Assembly (NCBI GenBank): GCA_044348925.1
Contig: JBIKRY010000001.1
Coordinates: 8,371-72,370, forward strand
Origin: Bernardetiaceae bacterium
Lineage (GTDB): Bacteria > Bacteroidota > Bacteroidia > Cytophagales > Thermoflexibacteraceae
DNA length: 64,000 nt
Reading direction: 5' to 3'
Shown here: positions 36,598-45,992 of the stretch, piece after piece
Position numbering within the stretch: position 1 is the first letter of the stretch
Layout: each line of letters begins with the position of its first letter
The notes under the pieces: generated by a model
Told to the model about the DNA's origin: nothing
Seen by the model: the letters and a program-made list of their open reading frames with translations, nothing else
The model's database searches: none
Program-made: the position numbers and the translations under genes

Positions 36598-36732
36598 GCG
36601 TAGTAGTACGGAACTCCAGTTCCGTACATCATTTATTGCATAAGTAAAACACTTTAGACCCAAATAAATAGTTTTTTAGGTAAAACAAACTTGCTTATAC
36701 GACTTGTACGTAGCTGGAGCTACGTACTACGC
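36598..36732. repeat. MITE-like element with hairpin-forming terminal inverted repeats
   Basis: The left end is gcgtagtagtacggaactccagttccgtac and the right end is gtacgtagctggagctacgtactacgc. The ends are inverted repeats. The internal mini-hairpins differ by compensatory changes (GGAA/TTCC versus GTAG/CTAC). Confidence 0.7.
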
Positions 36733-36813
36733 AATATACATTAGATAAGCAAATATAGTAAACTTTAACCTAATTTAGTAAAATTTTGTTTTGGTATAAC
36801 AAAAAATATTTTT

Positions 36814-37470
36814 TTATAATTGCCAACCTTCTTTGCCTAATAAAGGCACAAAAGAAAAAGATTCGTGTTTATACAAAATAATTTCGCCTTTTAGATTTTT
36901 GTGTATTTTATACATTTGTTGTATGTTATTGTCGCCAACGGGAATGACCAATATCCCGCCATTTTTGAGTTGGTCTATCAAAGTTTGTGGTACTTTTGGG
37001 GCTCCTGCCGTTACAATAATCTTGTCAAAAGGTGCAAAAACAGACATTCCCTGCGAACCATCTCCGTAGATAAAATTAGCTTTATAGCCAATGCTTGTCA
37101 ATAAGTGTTTGGCTTTTTGGTGCAATTTGCGATTGTATTCGATAGTATATAAATTTGCACCCAATTCTAATAAGATACAACTTTGATAGCCCGAGCCTGT
37201 TCCTATTTCCAAAACTTTATCACCTGCTTGCACATCTAATAATTCGGTTTGAAAAGCTACTGTAGAAGGTTGCGAAATAGTCTGCCCTTCGCCAATACTG
37301 AAAGCCTTATCCAAATATGCCTGCTCTACAAATGCACTGTCAAAAAAGAAATGTCTTGGCACTTTTTCCATAGCTTGTAATACTTTTTCGGCTATCATTT
37401 CTCTATGAATTAACGTATTGATTAATGCTTTTCGCATGCCTTTATGCTTATATGTATCTATTACTTGCAT
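36814..37470 (-). CDS. pcm: Protein-L-isoaspartate O-methyltransferase
   Basis: It has TISQPSTVAFQTELL and the SAM motif VLEIGTGSGYQS. Its 218-aa size fits. Confidence 0.9.
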   Translation of the reverse strand: MQVIDTYKHKGMRKALINTLIHREMIAEKVLQAMEKVPRHFFFDSAFVEQAYLDKAFSIGEGQTISQPSTVAFQTELLDVQAGDKVLEIGTGSGYQSCILLELGANLYTIEYNRKLHQKAKHLLTSIGYKANFIYGDGSQGMSVFAPFDKIIVTAGAPKVPQTLIDQLKNGGILVIPVGDNNIQQMYKIHKNLKGEIILYKHESFSFVPLLGKEGWQL

Positions 37471-37517
37471 ATTTTCTACTATTATTGGTAAAGTAATTGT
37501 AAATTAGAGTTTTGTAC

Positions 37518-38396
37518 TTATAATTTTGTTTCCCAAAGATTAATAGCCCTTTCCAAATCTGTTTTATAGCTAAATTTTTCTCCTCGTTCCAAAATACCTA
37601 ATGCTAATGCTTGTTTTGCTAAGTCTATTGCAGTTTGAAAATTTCCATGTAAGGCAAAAAAATCAGCTTTGAGCCAATAAGGTCTGAAACTTTTAGGATT
37701 TGCTTGCAATGCTTTATCAATCCACGTCATTACTTGGTCTTGAAAAAGCCCATTTTTTAGGGCATAATCTGCACAGGTTGCAAAGATTTCCCAGTCTTCG
37801 TCTTTTGCATTTTGAATGGCAGTAAGAATATTGGTTAATACTTTTTGTTCTACTTCCACACGCAACTCTATTGGAATAATTATTTTTTCCCATTCTATAA
37901 AAATATCTGCCTTTGTTTTTTCTATATTCCCAATTTCCAATTTAAAAGTTTCTTCAAATTTACCTTTCAATGGGATAACTTTAAAAGAAATAACATTGTC
38001 TTCTTCTTTGTAATTTTCTACGCCCCATGAATCCGCATTTTTATTGAGCAAAATAGTCCATGCTCCTTTAGTTGGTATGGTATAAATTGCATATTTGCCT
38101 GCTTTTACCAAATTATTATTGAGCCAAACATCATCAGAAAACTCTATGGTTGTGGCTTGATTTGCACCTGTTCGCCATACTTTGTTATAAGGCACAATAT
38201 CTCCCCAAATTTTGCGACCTCGCACACTTGGACGGTTATACTCGATAAGTACCTCTGTCAAACCAACTGTTTGTTTGAGGCTGGCTTTTGTACTTACAAC
38301 AGGCAAAATTACTCTTGGCGTTTCTACTTTTTGTGCATAAATAACAAGATACCCAAAAAAACAAAAAGAAAATAGCAAGCTAAATCTTAGGAACAT
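37518..38396 (-). CDS. DUF2911 domain protein with a C-terminal TPR-like region
   Basis: It has a signal peptide. YNRPSVRGRKIWGDIVPYNKVWRTGANQATTIEFSDDV is the DUF2911 signature as I recall it. Confidence 0.7.
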   Translation of the reverse strand: MFLRFSLLFSFCFFGYLVIYAQKVETPRVILPVVSTKASLKQTVGLTEVLIEYNRPSVRGRKIWGDIVPYNKVWRTGANQATTIEFSDDVWLNNNLVKAGKYAIYTIPTKGAWTILLNKNADSWGVENYKEEDNVISFKVIPLKGKFEETFKLEIGNIEKTKADIFIEWEKIIIPIELRVEVEQKVLTNILTAIQNAKDEDWEIFATCADYALKNGLFQDQVMTWIDKALQANPKSFRPYWLKADFFALHGNFQTAIDLAKQALALGILERGEKFSYKTDLERAINLWETKL

Positions 38397-38734
38397 ACAA
38401 ATAAATATTTTATAAAAACAGGATTATCATTGCCACACTCTACTCGGTTTACAACTTGCAATTTTACAAAATATTGCTGTGAAATCTATATCTAAGTATG
38501 CTTTATTGCAAAATTATCCATAAAAATCTATAAGGACGTTTTTACTGCAATTTTTTTATGCTTTACTTGTGCACAGTAGCAGGATAATGTACTGCGGTGT
38601 TATCTCTAATACATTTTATAGAAATTGTAGAAGAATCTATATTTTCTGTTTTGTTCTGCAATTTATTTGCAAAGGTTTTATAACTTGCAAGCAAATAACC
38701 AATATTCCAAAATATATCTAAAAACACCGTATGT

Positions 38735-40363
38735 ATGTTTAGTATTTCAAAAGTACCTGCACCAATTAATGAACCTGTTAAAAGCTATTTGCCTAATTCG
38801 ACAGAAAAAAAAGAAGTGAAAGCTATGCTTGCAAAACTTCGCCAAGAAACACATGATATTCCTATGTATATTGGCTCGGAAAAGGTTTATACAGATAAAA
38901 AAGGTCGACTTGCACCGCCTTACGACCATAAACACACACTTGGCTATTATTCTATAGGAGATGAATCTCACGTAGAACAAGCAATTCAAGCAGCATTAGG
39001 AGCAAAAGATGCTTGGGCAGCATTAGAATGGGAACAACGTGCTGCCATCTTTTTGAAAGCAGCAGATTTATTGGCAACCAAATACAGAGCCAAAATTAAT
39101 GCAGCTACTATGCTCGGACAATCCAAATCTATCTATCAAGCCGAAATAGATTCTGCCTGCGAAATGATAGATTTTTTGCGATTTAATGTCTATTTTATGA
39201 CACAAATCTATCAACAACAACCCGATTCGCAAGCTGGAATGTGGAATAGGTTGGAACATAGACCTTTGGAAGGTTTTGTTTTTGCTTTAACACCTTTTAA
39301 TTTTACTGCCATTGCTGGAAATTTGCCTACAGCACCTGCTATGATGGGAAATACTGTAGTTTGGAAACCTGCCATGACACAAATCTATGCGGCAAATGTG
39401 CTAATGGAAGTTTTTAGAGAGGCTGGAGTGCCTGATGGCGTAATCAATTTGGTTTTTGTTGATGGCGTAAGTACAGGAAAAGTCGTATTTTCACACAAAG
39501 ATTTTGCAGGAATCCACTTTACAGGAAGTACCAATACCTTTAACTCTATTTGGAAAACGGTTAGCGAAAATATTGCAAACTATAAAAGTTATCCTCGTTT
39601 GGTAGGTGAAACAGGTGGAAAAGATTTTGTGATTGCCCATAAATCTGCTGACGCAAAAGCATTGGCAACTGCCCTTATTCGTGGTGCTTTTGAGTATCAA
39701 GGACAAAAATGTTCGGCAGCTTCGCGTGCTTATATTCCTTCTAATCTTTGGGCAGAAGTAAAAAAATATATGCTCGAAGATTTAGCAAGTATTAAAATGG
39801 GAAGTCCCGAAGATTTCCGAAATTTCTTCAATGCAGTAATAGATGAAAAATCTTTTGATAACATTGCAAAATATATTGAACAAGCCAAAAAAAGTGATAT
39901 GGTAGAAATTATTGCAGGTGGCAAGTATGATAAATCTGTAGGATATTTTGTAGAGCCTACTATTTTGCAAGCACTTGACCCGCATTATACTACGATGTGT
40001 GAGGAAATTTTTGGACCTGTTTTGACTATTTATGTTTACCACGAAAACCACTTTGAGGAGGCACTTTATATGGTAGATAATACTTCGCCTTATGCTTTGA
40101 CAGGGGCAGTATTTGCACAAGACCGTTATGCGATTGATATGGCTACCGATAAATTGCGAAATGCAGCAGGTAATTTTTATATCAATGACAAGCCCACAGG
40201 AGCAGTGGTTGGACAACAACCTTTTGGAGGAAGTCGTGCTTCGGGTACAAATGACAAAGCAGGTTCTGTTTTCAATTTGTTGCGTTGGGTTACACAACGG
40301 ACTATCAAAGAAACTTTTGTGCCACCTACAGATTATCGTTATGGATTTTTGGCGGAAGAATAA
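38735..40363 (+). CDS. pruA: L-glutamate gamma-semialdehyde (1-pyrroline-5-carboxylate) dehydrogenase
   Basis: It is an aldehyde dehydrogenase by VGETGGKDF and the catalytic Cys context EYQGQKCSAASR, plus EEIFGPVL. The 542-aa length and termini fit P5CDH. Confidence 0.85.
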   Translation: MFSISKVPAPINEPVKSYLPNSTEKKEVKAMLAKLRQETHDIPMYIGSEKVYTDKKGRLAPPYDHKHTLGYYSIGDESHVEQAIQAALGAKDAWAALEWEQRAAIFLKAADLLATKYRAKINAATMLGQSKSIYQAEIDSACEMIDFLRFNVYFMTQIYQQQPDSQAGMWNRLEHRPLEGFVFALTPFNFTAIAGNLPTAPAMMGNTVVWKPAMTQIYAANVLMEVFREAGVPDGVINLVFVDGVSTGKVVFSHKDFAGIHFTGSTNTFNSIWKTVSENIANYKSYPRLVGETGGKDFVIAHKSADAKALATALIRGAFEYQGQKCSAASRAYIPSNLWAEVKKYMLEDLASIKMGSPEDFRNFFNAVIDEKSFDNIAKYIEQAKKSDMVEIIAGGKYDKSVGYFVEPTILQALDPHYTTMCEEIFGPVLTIYVYHENHFEEALYMVDNTSPYALTGAVFAQDRYAIDMATDKLRNAAGNFYINDKPTGAVVGQQPFGGSRASGTNDKAGSVFNLLRWVTQRTIKETFVPPTDYRYGFLAEE

Positions 40364-40371
40364 TTTGTAAT

Positions 40372-40407
40372 AAGTTGTAGTGTGGACTTCAGTCCACACT
40401 ACAACTT
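40372..40407. terminator. Bidirectional stem-loop between convergent genes
   Basis: aagttgtagtgtggac-ttc-agtccacactacaactt forms a stem of about 16 bp. Confidence 0.65.
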
Positions 40408-40410
40408 AAT

Positions 40411-41196
40411 TTACAAAACAGACAGAGGATATAAAATAGGTTTGCTTGGACTTGCATCACTTTCAAAACTTACAATTTGTAGGTTTAGCAAATATAATCC
40501 ATCTGCAACTGTAGCAGGCACAAAAATAAGTTCGGTAATTGTACAATCTTTTCGCACTTCAGACATATTGATAGTTGCATATCTTGGCGGTAGATTCCAA
40601 AAATTTCGATGAGATTGCAACACGCCATTATCCCATTCCTTATCTACCGAAGGCAAATCTATCAATAAATGTTTTATGCCTAATTCTTTGAGATATTGGC
40701 ATACTTCAGGTAATAGGTAGGTAGGATTTGTACCAGAATATTGATGTGTTAATTTGCTTATTTCGTTAGGAATTGTTCTAATAATTAAACTTTCTATATC
40801 TTTTGTGTGTACTAATTTTTTTATGTTTTCTAAAGAAATAATGCTATCGCCATTTTCCAAAATTTCTACGGGTACAGAAATAAGCAAGGCAAAAAACAAA
40901 AATTCTTTCAAACATTCGTTAATTGTAGCACCGTCTGCGGTAATATGTCCATAACATTCGGTATGTGTACCATTGCCATGTGGCGTAAAACTGATGCGTT
41001 GATAATTGCAAGAGCCACCCAAATTTACAGCACCTACAAAATCTCCAACTGCAATAGTTTGGTATTCAACAGCATTTGCATAATAACAATTTACAGTTTC
41101 TTCTCCTGCTTTTAAAGGCATAGAAATATCTATTGCAGTTTTGCAATCGGCTTGATAGGTTTTATTTTGATAAGTAAATTGAATTTTTTTTTGCAT
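40411..41196 (-). CDS. Putative cyclase / arylformamidase family protein
   Basis: HGNGTHTECYGH resembles the HxGTHxDxPxH cyclase motif. The 261-aa size fits. The assignment is tentative. Confidence 0.5.
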   Translation of the reverse strand: MQKKIQFTYQNKTYQADCKTAIDISMPLKAGEETVNCYYANAVEYQTIAVGDFVGAVNLGGSCNYQRISFTPHGNGTHTECYGHITADGATINECLKEFLFFALLISVPVEILENGDSIISLENIKKLVHTKDIESLIIRTIPNEISKLTHQYSGTNPTYLLPEVCQYLKELGIKHLLIDLPSVDKEWDNGVLQSHRNFWNLPPRYATINMSEVRKDCTITELIFVPATVADGLYLLNLQIVSFESDASPSKPILYPLSVL

Positions 41197-41221
41197 AAAG
41201 TTAGAATTTTGCTAATATAAT

Positions 41222-42526
41222 TTATTCATTTATTACTTTTACCCATTCCACCAATAACTTAAATAAGTCTGTATATTTTGTAAGTGGCAATGTTTCGGCT
41301 TTGTCGTCCACATCATGGTATGCCTGAATACCACCCAAAGTATAGATAAAAAAAGACGGAATACCTTGCACACTAAAAAAATAGTGGTCAGAGTTTGCGG
41401 CTTTGCCTCGTTTAATAATCTTTGGAAAATAATTATTTTGTGTATTGATTGTAGCAAATTTTTGGAAAAGTTCTGTAAAAACAGTTGCATTAACCACACC
41501 CAAACCTGTATCACCTGTTCCTACTAAGTCTAAATTAATGAGTATTTTTATTTTTTCAAGCCCAAATAATGGATTTTCTACAAAATATTTTGAACCCAAC
41601 AAACCTAATTCCTCTGCACCAAAAGCCATAAAAACAACCGTAAAAGTTGGCGGATTTTGGCTATAATATGTTGCTAATTCCAACAGCATACTAATTCCAC
41701 TTGCATTATCATTTGCTCCATAAAAAATGGTATTTTTCCCAAAACTCCCCAAATGGTCGTAATGAGCCGAAAAAACCACTATAGAATCGGCTTTGCTTGT
41801 TCCTTTTTGGTAGGCAATAATATTTTGTGTTTCATAATTTTTTGCTAATTTTTGTCTAATTTCATACTGTATTTTAATATTATTTTGGCGTTTTTGTAGC
41901 AAAATACTATCCATTAAATTTTTACGAACTTCAAAAACGGCTTTTCCTTCTGCATTATTGGCAATATTCATCGTTAATTTTGGTGAAGTTTTGATAAATG
42001 CTGCCGCCGAAAACCAATGGCGAATAACTATAGTAGGTAATTTATAGATTTTTTCTTCAAAATTGCTTGCATATACCAATGCTTTATTATCTAATTTTGT
42101 ATTCATAAACATATTCAAAGCCTGTTCATTTTCTACAAACAATAAAGTATCTATTTCAAATAATTCGCAAGTTCCTTTTGCGGTTTTACTATCTGCTTGT
42201 ATAATAAAATCTCGTCCTGCTTGTAGCTTTTGGGTAGCAATTTGTAAAATAGGAGTTTCGGTAAATGTATTTACGTCTATTTTGAAAGTTTGCAAATAGT
42301 TGGTTTTGCGGTGCTGTGTATAGGCTTGCAACGATAATTTTTCAAATTCTTTGGCGATAAAATGGGCAGCTTTTTTATTGCCATCTTCGATATAACCTCT
42401 ACCAAACATTTCGGGTGCTGCCAAAGTAGCTATATTTTTGCGAACTCGTTGCATATCTTGTGCCAACAAAATAGGACTAACACTATGCAAAAGAAAGTAG
42501 AAACTAAGAAACAAAAAATATTTCAT
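41222..42526 (-). CDS. M28 family metallopeptidase (aminopeptidase)
   Basis: It has a signal peptide. The M28 metal-ligand pattern is SAHYDHLG, GANDNASGISMLLELA and GAEELGLLGSKYF. Confidence 0.85.
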   Translation of the reverse strand: MKYFLFLSFYFLLHSVSPILLAQDMQRVRKNIATLAAPEMFGRGYIEDGNKKAAHFIAKEFEKLSLQAYTQHRKTNYLQTFKIDVNTFTETPILQIATQKLQAGRDFIIQADSKTAKGTCELFEIDTLLFVENEQALNMFMNTKLDNKALVYASNFEEKIYKLPTIVIRHWFSAAAFIKTSPKLTMNIANNAEGKAVFEVRKNLMDSILLQKRQNNIKIQYEIRQKLAKNYETQNIIAYQKGTSKADSIVVFSAHYDHLGSFGKNTIFYGANDNASGISMLLELATYYSQNPPTFTVVFMAFGAEELGLLGSKYFVENPLFGLEKIKILINLDLVGTGDTGLGVVNATVFTELFQKFATINTQNNYFPKIIKRGKAANSDHYFFSVQGIPSFFIYTLGGIQAYHDVDDKAETLPLTKYTDLFKLLVEWVKVINE

Positions 42527-42637
42527 AAAATTTTTTATAATAAAGTAAATCTTTTATAATCTAAATTACGTACAATACATTCTTGCAATAAAACTTATGC
42601 TACGCAGTTTATATTACTTCATTTAAACACAAAAAAG

Positions 42638-43024
42638 TTGCTAAAACTACTAAAATTTAATAAAACCTATGCCATTTTAACAATAATTTTGTTTGTTATA
42701 GAGTTAATGATTGCCCTTTATGTTCATGATAAAATTATTAGACCATATATAGGAGATGTATTGGTGGTCATTTTGATTTATTGTTTTTGTAAAAGTTTTA
42801 TGGCAATTACCGTTTCCTTATTAGCTTGGAGGGTGTTACTATTTTCCTATTTTGTAGAATTTTTGCAATACATCAACTTTATTGCCCTTGTTGGCTTAGA
42901 AAAATATAAATTGGCACGCATACTAATTGGAACTGCGTTTTCGTGGCTCGACATCATAGCGTATAGCATAGGAATTTTTGTAGTAATATGCTTGGAAAAC
43001 TATTTCTCCAAACATAAAATGTAG
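42638..43024 (+). CDS. DUF2809-like small membrane protein
   Basis: It has four hydrophobic segments and the IRPYIGDVLVVILIYCF and FSWLDIIAYSIG patterns. The start is a TTG, so the exact start is uncertain. Confidence 0.55.
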   Translation: MLKLLKFNKTYAILTIILFVIELMIALYVHDKIIRPYIGDVLVVILIYCFCKSFMAITVSLLAWRVLLFSYFVEFLQYINFIALVGLEKYKLARILIGTAFSWLDIIAYSIGIFVVICLENYFSKHKM

Positions 43025-43073
43025 TACATTTGCCTTCAGGCGAATGTACTTAAAAAATTAAAACAAAATAAAG

Positions 43074-43616
43074 ATGAAAAATCCTTGGCAAACCCTCCAA
43101 TCCAACATTGTCTATAGCAATCCTTGGATAGAAATTCGACATGAAGATGTATTAAATCCTGCTGGTAATAAAGGAATTTATGGTGTAGTGAGTTTCAAAA
43201 ATATTGCAATCGGCATTATTCCCATAGATAACGAAGGAAATACTTGGCTTGTTGGACAATATCGTTATACCTTAAACGAATATTCTTGGGAGATTCCAAT
43301 GGGTGGCGGTAGCAAAAACAATACAGTTTTGGAATCTGCACAACGAGAACTGAAAGAAGAAACAGGCTTGATAGCCAATCAATGGACAGAATTAATGAAA
43401 CTGCATACCTCAAACTCTGTTACAGACGAAGTAGGCTATGTTTTGCTTGCTCAAGACCTTGTGGCAGGCGAAGCCGAGCCTGAAGAAACCGAAGATTTGA
43501 AAATTAAAAAACTGCCTTTGTCCGAAGCTATTGCAATGGTTATGTCTGGCGAAATTACAGATGCTATTAGCGTAGCAGGTTTGCTAAAAGTAGCAATGTT
43601 GCAAACAAAAAAATAA
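43074..43616 (+). CDS. NUDIX hydrolase (ADP-ribose pyrophosphatase-like)
   Basis: The Nudix box is GGGSKNNTVLESAQRELKEETGL. Confidence 0.85.
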   Translation: MKNPWQTLQSNIVYSNPWIEIRHEDVLNPAGNKGIYGVVSFKNIAIGIIPIDNEGNTWLVGQYRYTLNEYSWEIPMGGGSKNNTVLESAQRELKEETGLIANQWTELMKLHTSNSVTDEVGYVLLAQDLVAGEAEPEETEDLKIKKLPLSEAIAMVMSGEITDAISVAGLLKVAMLQTKK

Positions 43617-43646
43617 TTTTAAGCAAATTATACAAAAACTATCTGC

Positions 43647-43674
43647 TGTAGCATAGACTTAAATCTATGCTACA
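43647..43674 (+). terminator. Stem-loop after the NUDIX gene
   Basis: tgtagcataga-cttaaa-tctatgctaca. A related hairpin (tgtagcatagactt...) recurs at about 61575-61610. Confidence 0.5.
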
Positions 43675-43733
43675 AATTGTAATAATCTTTATTTATGTTG
43701 CAAGTTTTTAGATTTTTTTTCTACTTTTGCACT

Positions 43734-44978
43734 ATGAAAACCTTACTGAAATCTGTAAAAATTATAGACAAAAAATCTATTTTTCATAACCAAATAATAG
43801 ATGTATTAATAGAAAAGCAAATAATTACTAATATTGGCAAAGAATTATTTGCAGACCATTCTACACAAGTAATCAATTGCACAGGCTATAGCCTTTCTAC
43901 AGGTTGGGTAGATATGTGTGCAAGTTCTGGAGAATCGGGCAATGAACACAAAGAAACTTTAGTTTCCTTATGCCAAGCTGCTGCTGCTGGAGGGTTTACA
44001 GATGTGCTGGTTTTGCCAAACACGAATCCCGTTGTGCAAAGCAAAGAAATGGTAACTTTTATCAAATCGCATACACAAAATCAGGTAAATTTACACCCAA
44101 TCGCAGCCCTAAGCATACAGACAACAGGCGAGGAAATGACCGACTTTTTAGACTTGCACAAAGCAGGGGCAGTGGCTTTTTCGGATGGCATACACTCTAT
44201 TACCAATACGGCTATGTTGTGCAAAAGTTTACTCTATTTGCAACATATCAACGGACTGCTTATCAACAAACCAGATGACAAATACCTCTCCAAATACGGT
44301 TTGATGCACGAAGGCGAAGTTTCTACAAGTTTGGGACTCAAAGGAATGCCTGCGATTGCCGAAGAAATAGGCATTGTAAGAGATTTGAAAATACTCGAAT
44401 ATACAAATGGAAAAATGCACTTTTCCAATATTTCTACTGCCAATGCCGTACAATTAATTAGAGAAGCAAAGGCAAAAAATATGCAAGTTACTTGTGATAT
44501 TGCAGCACAACAACTTTATTTTACCGATGCGGATATGCTCGATTTTGACAGCAACCTAAAAGTAAAACCACCATTCCGAACCGAAAACGACAGACAAGCA
44601 TTACTCGAAGGTTTGGCAGATGATACCATTGATTGTATTGTTTCGGCACATCTTCCTTGCGATATCGAGAGCAAATTTGTAGAATTTGATATGGCAGATT
44701 TTGGAATGATTAGCCTACAAACTGCTTTTGCAACCGCAAATACAGCTTGCAAAAATATACTTTCTACAGAAAAACTTATCGAAAAATTTACTACCAATCC
44801 ACGAAATATTCTACAATTTAAAAACCCAACAATAGCCATTGGGGAAAAGGCAACACTTACATTATTTGACGAAAATGCAGACTTTGTTTTAGAAGAAAAA
44901 GATATTCTATCTCTTTCCAAAAATAGTCCATTGGTAAGCAAAAAATTGCAAGGAAAAATTATACAAATTTTTAATTAA
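43734..44978 (+). CDS. Dihydroorotase-like amidohydrolase with a degenerate metal site (PyrC'-type)
   Basis: The overall DHOase pattern is present (GGFTDVLVLPNTNPV, EGLADDTIDCIVSAH). The HxH position reads DMCAS and the TDHAPH position reads SAHLPC. The ATG at 43734 is preferred. Confidence 0.7.
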   Translation: MKTLLKSVKIIDKKSIFHNQIIDVLIEKQIITNIGKELFADHSTQVINCTGYSLSTGWVDMCASSGESGNEHKETLVSLCQAAAAGGFTDVLVLPNTNPVVQSKEMVTFIKSHTQNQVNLHPIAALSIQTTGEEMTDFLDLHKAGAVAFSDGIHSITNTAMLCKSLLYLQHINGLLINKPDDKYLSKYGLMHEGEVSTSLGLKGMPAIAEEIGIVRDLKILEYTNGKMHFSNISTANAVQLIREAKAKNMQVTCDIAAQQLYFTDADMLDFDSNLKVKPPFRTENDRQALLEGLADDTIDCIVSAHLPCDIESKFVEFDMADFGMISLQTAFATANTACKNILSTEKLIEKFTTNPRNILQFKNPTIAIGEKATLTLFDENADFVLEEKDILSLSKNSPLVSKKLQGKIIQIFN

Positions 44979-44990
44979 TATACTTGCAAT

Positions 44991-45905
44991 ATGCTAAAAG
45001 ATTATTTACACCTGCATTTTATTATTTTTTTATGGGGTTTTTCTGCCATTGTTGGCAATCAGATGTCTATTCCTGCTTTAGAATTGGTTTTTTACCGCAC
45101 TTTGTTGTCCGCAGTAGGTTTGGCAATGATTTTACAGTGGAAAAAAATTCCTATAAATCTTGGCAAAACCGCCATTATTCAATTACTACTTACAGGTTCT
45201 CTAACCTCTTTGCATTGGATTACTTTTTTTGCGTCTTCCAAAATAGCCAATGTTTCTATTTGTTTGGCAGGTTTGGCAACTACTACCTTGTGGACTTCGT
45301 TCATAGAACCATTGATAATGAAACGGGCTTTGCGGTGGTATGAAGTAGCTTTGGGTTTGGTAATTATTGCAGGTTTGTATTTAATTTTCCATTTTCAATT
45401 TAATTTTGCGGAAGGACTGCTGGTGGCTATTCTCTCTGCCTTATTTGTTTCTTTATTTTCGGTAATTAATGGGAAATTAGCAAAAAAATATCACCACATT
45501 ACCATTACTTTTTATGAAATGCTTGGTGCATTTTTTTGCACAATTATTCTTATGCCTTTATATTATACGTATTTTGGCAATAAGCAAGCTATTACATGGT
45601 TAGATTTTAGTCCCGAAAACCTCAATAATTGGTTAGGAATCTTGTTTTTGGTGCTTGTTTGTACCATTTATGCCTACGCTGCTTGTGTTGAAATTATGCA
45701 AAGACTTTCTGCTTTTACCGTAAATTTATCGGTCAATATGGAGCCTATTTATGGTATGATAGTCGCAGCTATTGTATTAGGGGAACATAAACAAATGAAT
45801 ACAGGTTTTTATATTGGGGCATTAATTATTTTACTTTCTGTAATTTCATACCCTTTTTTGAAAAAATTTGCCGAAAAACAGTCATTACCTATGCTAAAAA
45901 ATTAA
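44991..45905 (+). CDS. EamA/DMT-family transporter
   Basis: About 10 TM segments arranged as two EamA-like halves; 304 aa. Confidence 0.75.
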   Translation: MLKDYLHLHFIIFLWGFSAIVGNQMSIPALELVFYRTLLSAVGLAMILQWKKIPINLGKTAIIQLLLTGSLTSLHWITFFASSKIANVSICLAGLATTTLWTSFIEPLIMKRALRWYEVALGLVIIAGLYLIFHFQFNFAEGLLVAILSALFVSLFSVINGKLAKKYHHITITFYEMLGAFFCTIILMPLYYTYFGNKQAITWLDFSPENLNNWLGILFLVLVCTIYAYAACVEIMQRLSAFTVNLSVNMEPIYGMIVAAIVLGEHKQMNTGFYIGALIILLSVISYPFLKKFAEKQSLPMLKN

Positions 45906-45992
45906 GCTATATTTACCAATTATTTATGGCACAAAAATAGCTACTTTTTGAGAAATCTATTTACTTTGCAAGCATTTTCAAAATATAGCAAT

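Noticed and set aside
36561-36632. N-terminal extensions proposed by the ORF track (here, and also at 61556, 13399, 18252, 25199, 27082, 10891, 12545, 45948, 52781, 56601 and 9532)
   Set aside because: The extensions run through repeat elements, terminator hairpins or the preceding gene. Internal ATG or GTG codons give N-termini typical of the respective families.
38397-38734. Long intergenic regions (38397-38734, 49660-50101, 28376-28656, 52574-52819) screened for tRNA, tmRNA, RNase P, SRP RNA or riboswitches
   Set aside because: I could not find any hallmark sequence, such as a tRNA T-loop GGTTCGAATCC-type motif or the RNase P GAGGAAAGTCC motif, or any convincing conserved structure by eye. 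A covariance-model scan (Infernal/Rfam, tRNAscan-SE) would be needed to exclude them.
39782-40399. 205-aa minus-strand ORF
   Set aside because: It is entirely antisense to the strongly supported P5C dehydrogenase gene. Its composition is Cys/Ile/Phe-rich, typical of shadow ORFs in AT-rich DNA.
44984-45343. 119-aa plus-strand ORF overlapping the start of the EamA transporter gene in another frame
   Set aside because: The alternative frame (44991-45905) gives a full-length 10-TM EamA-type protein. The 119-aa frame has no features.
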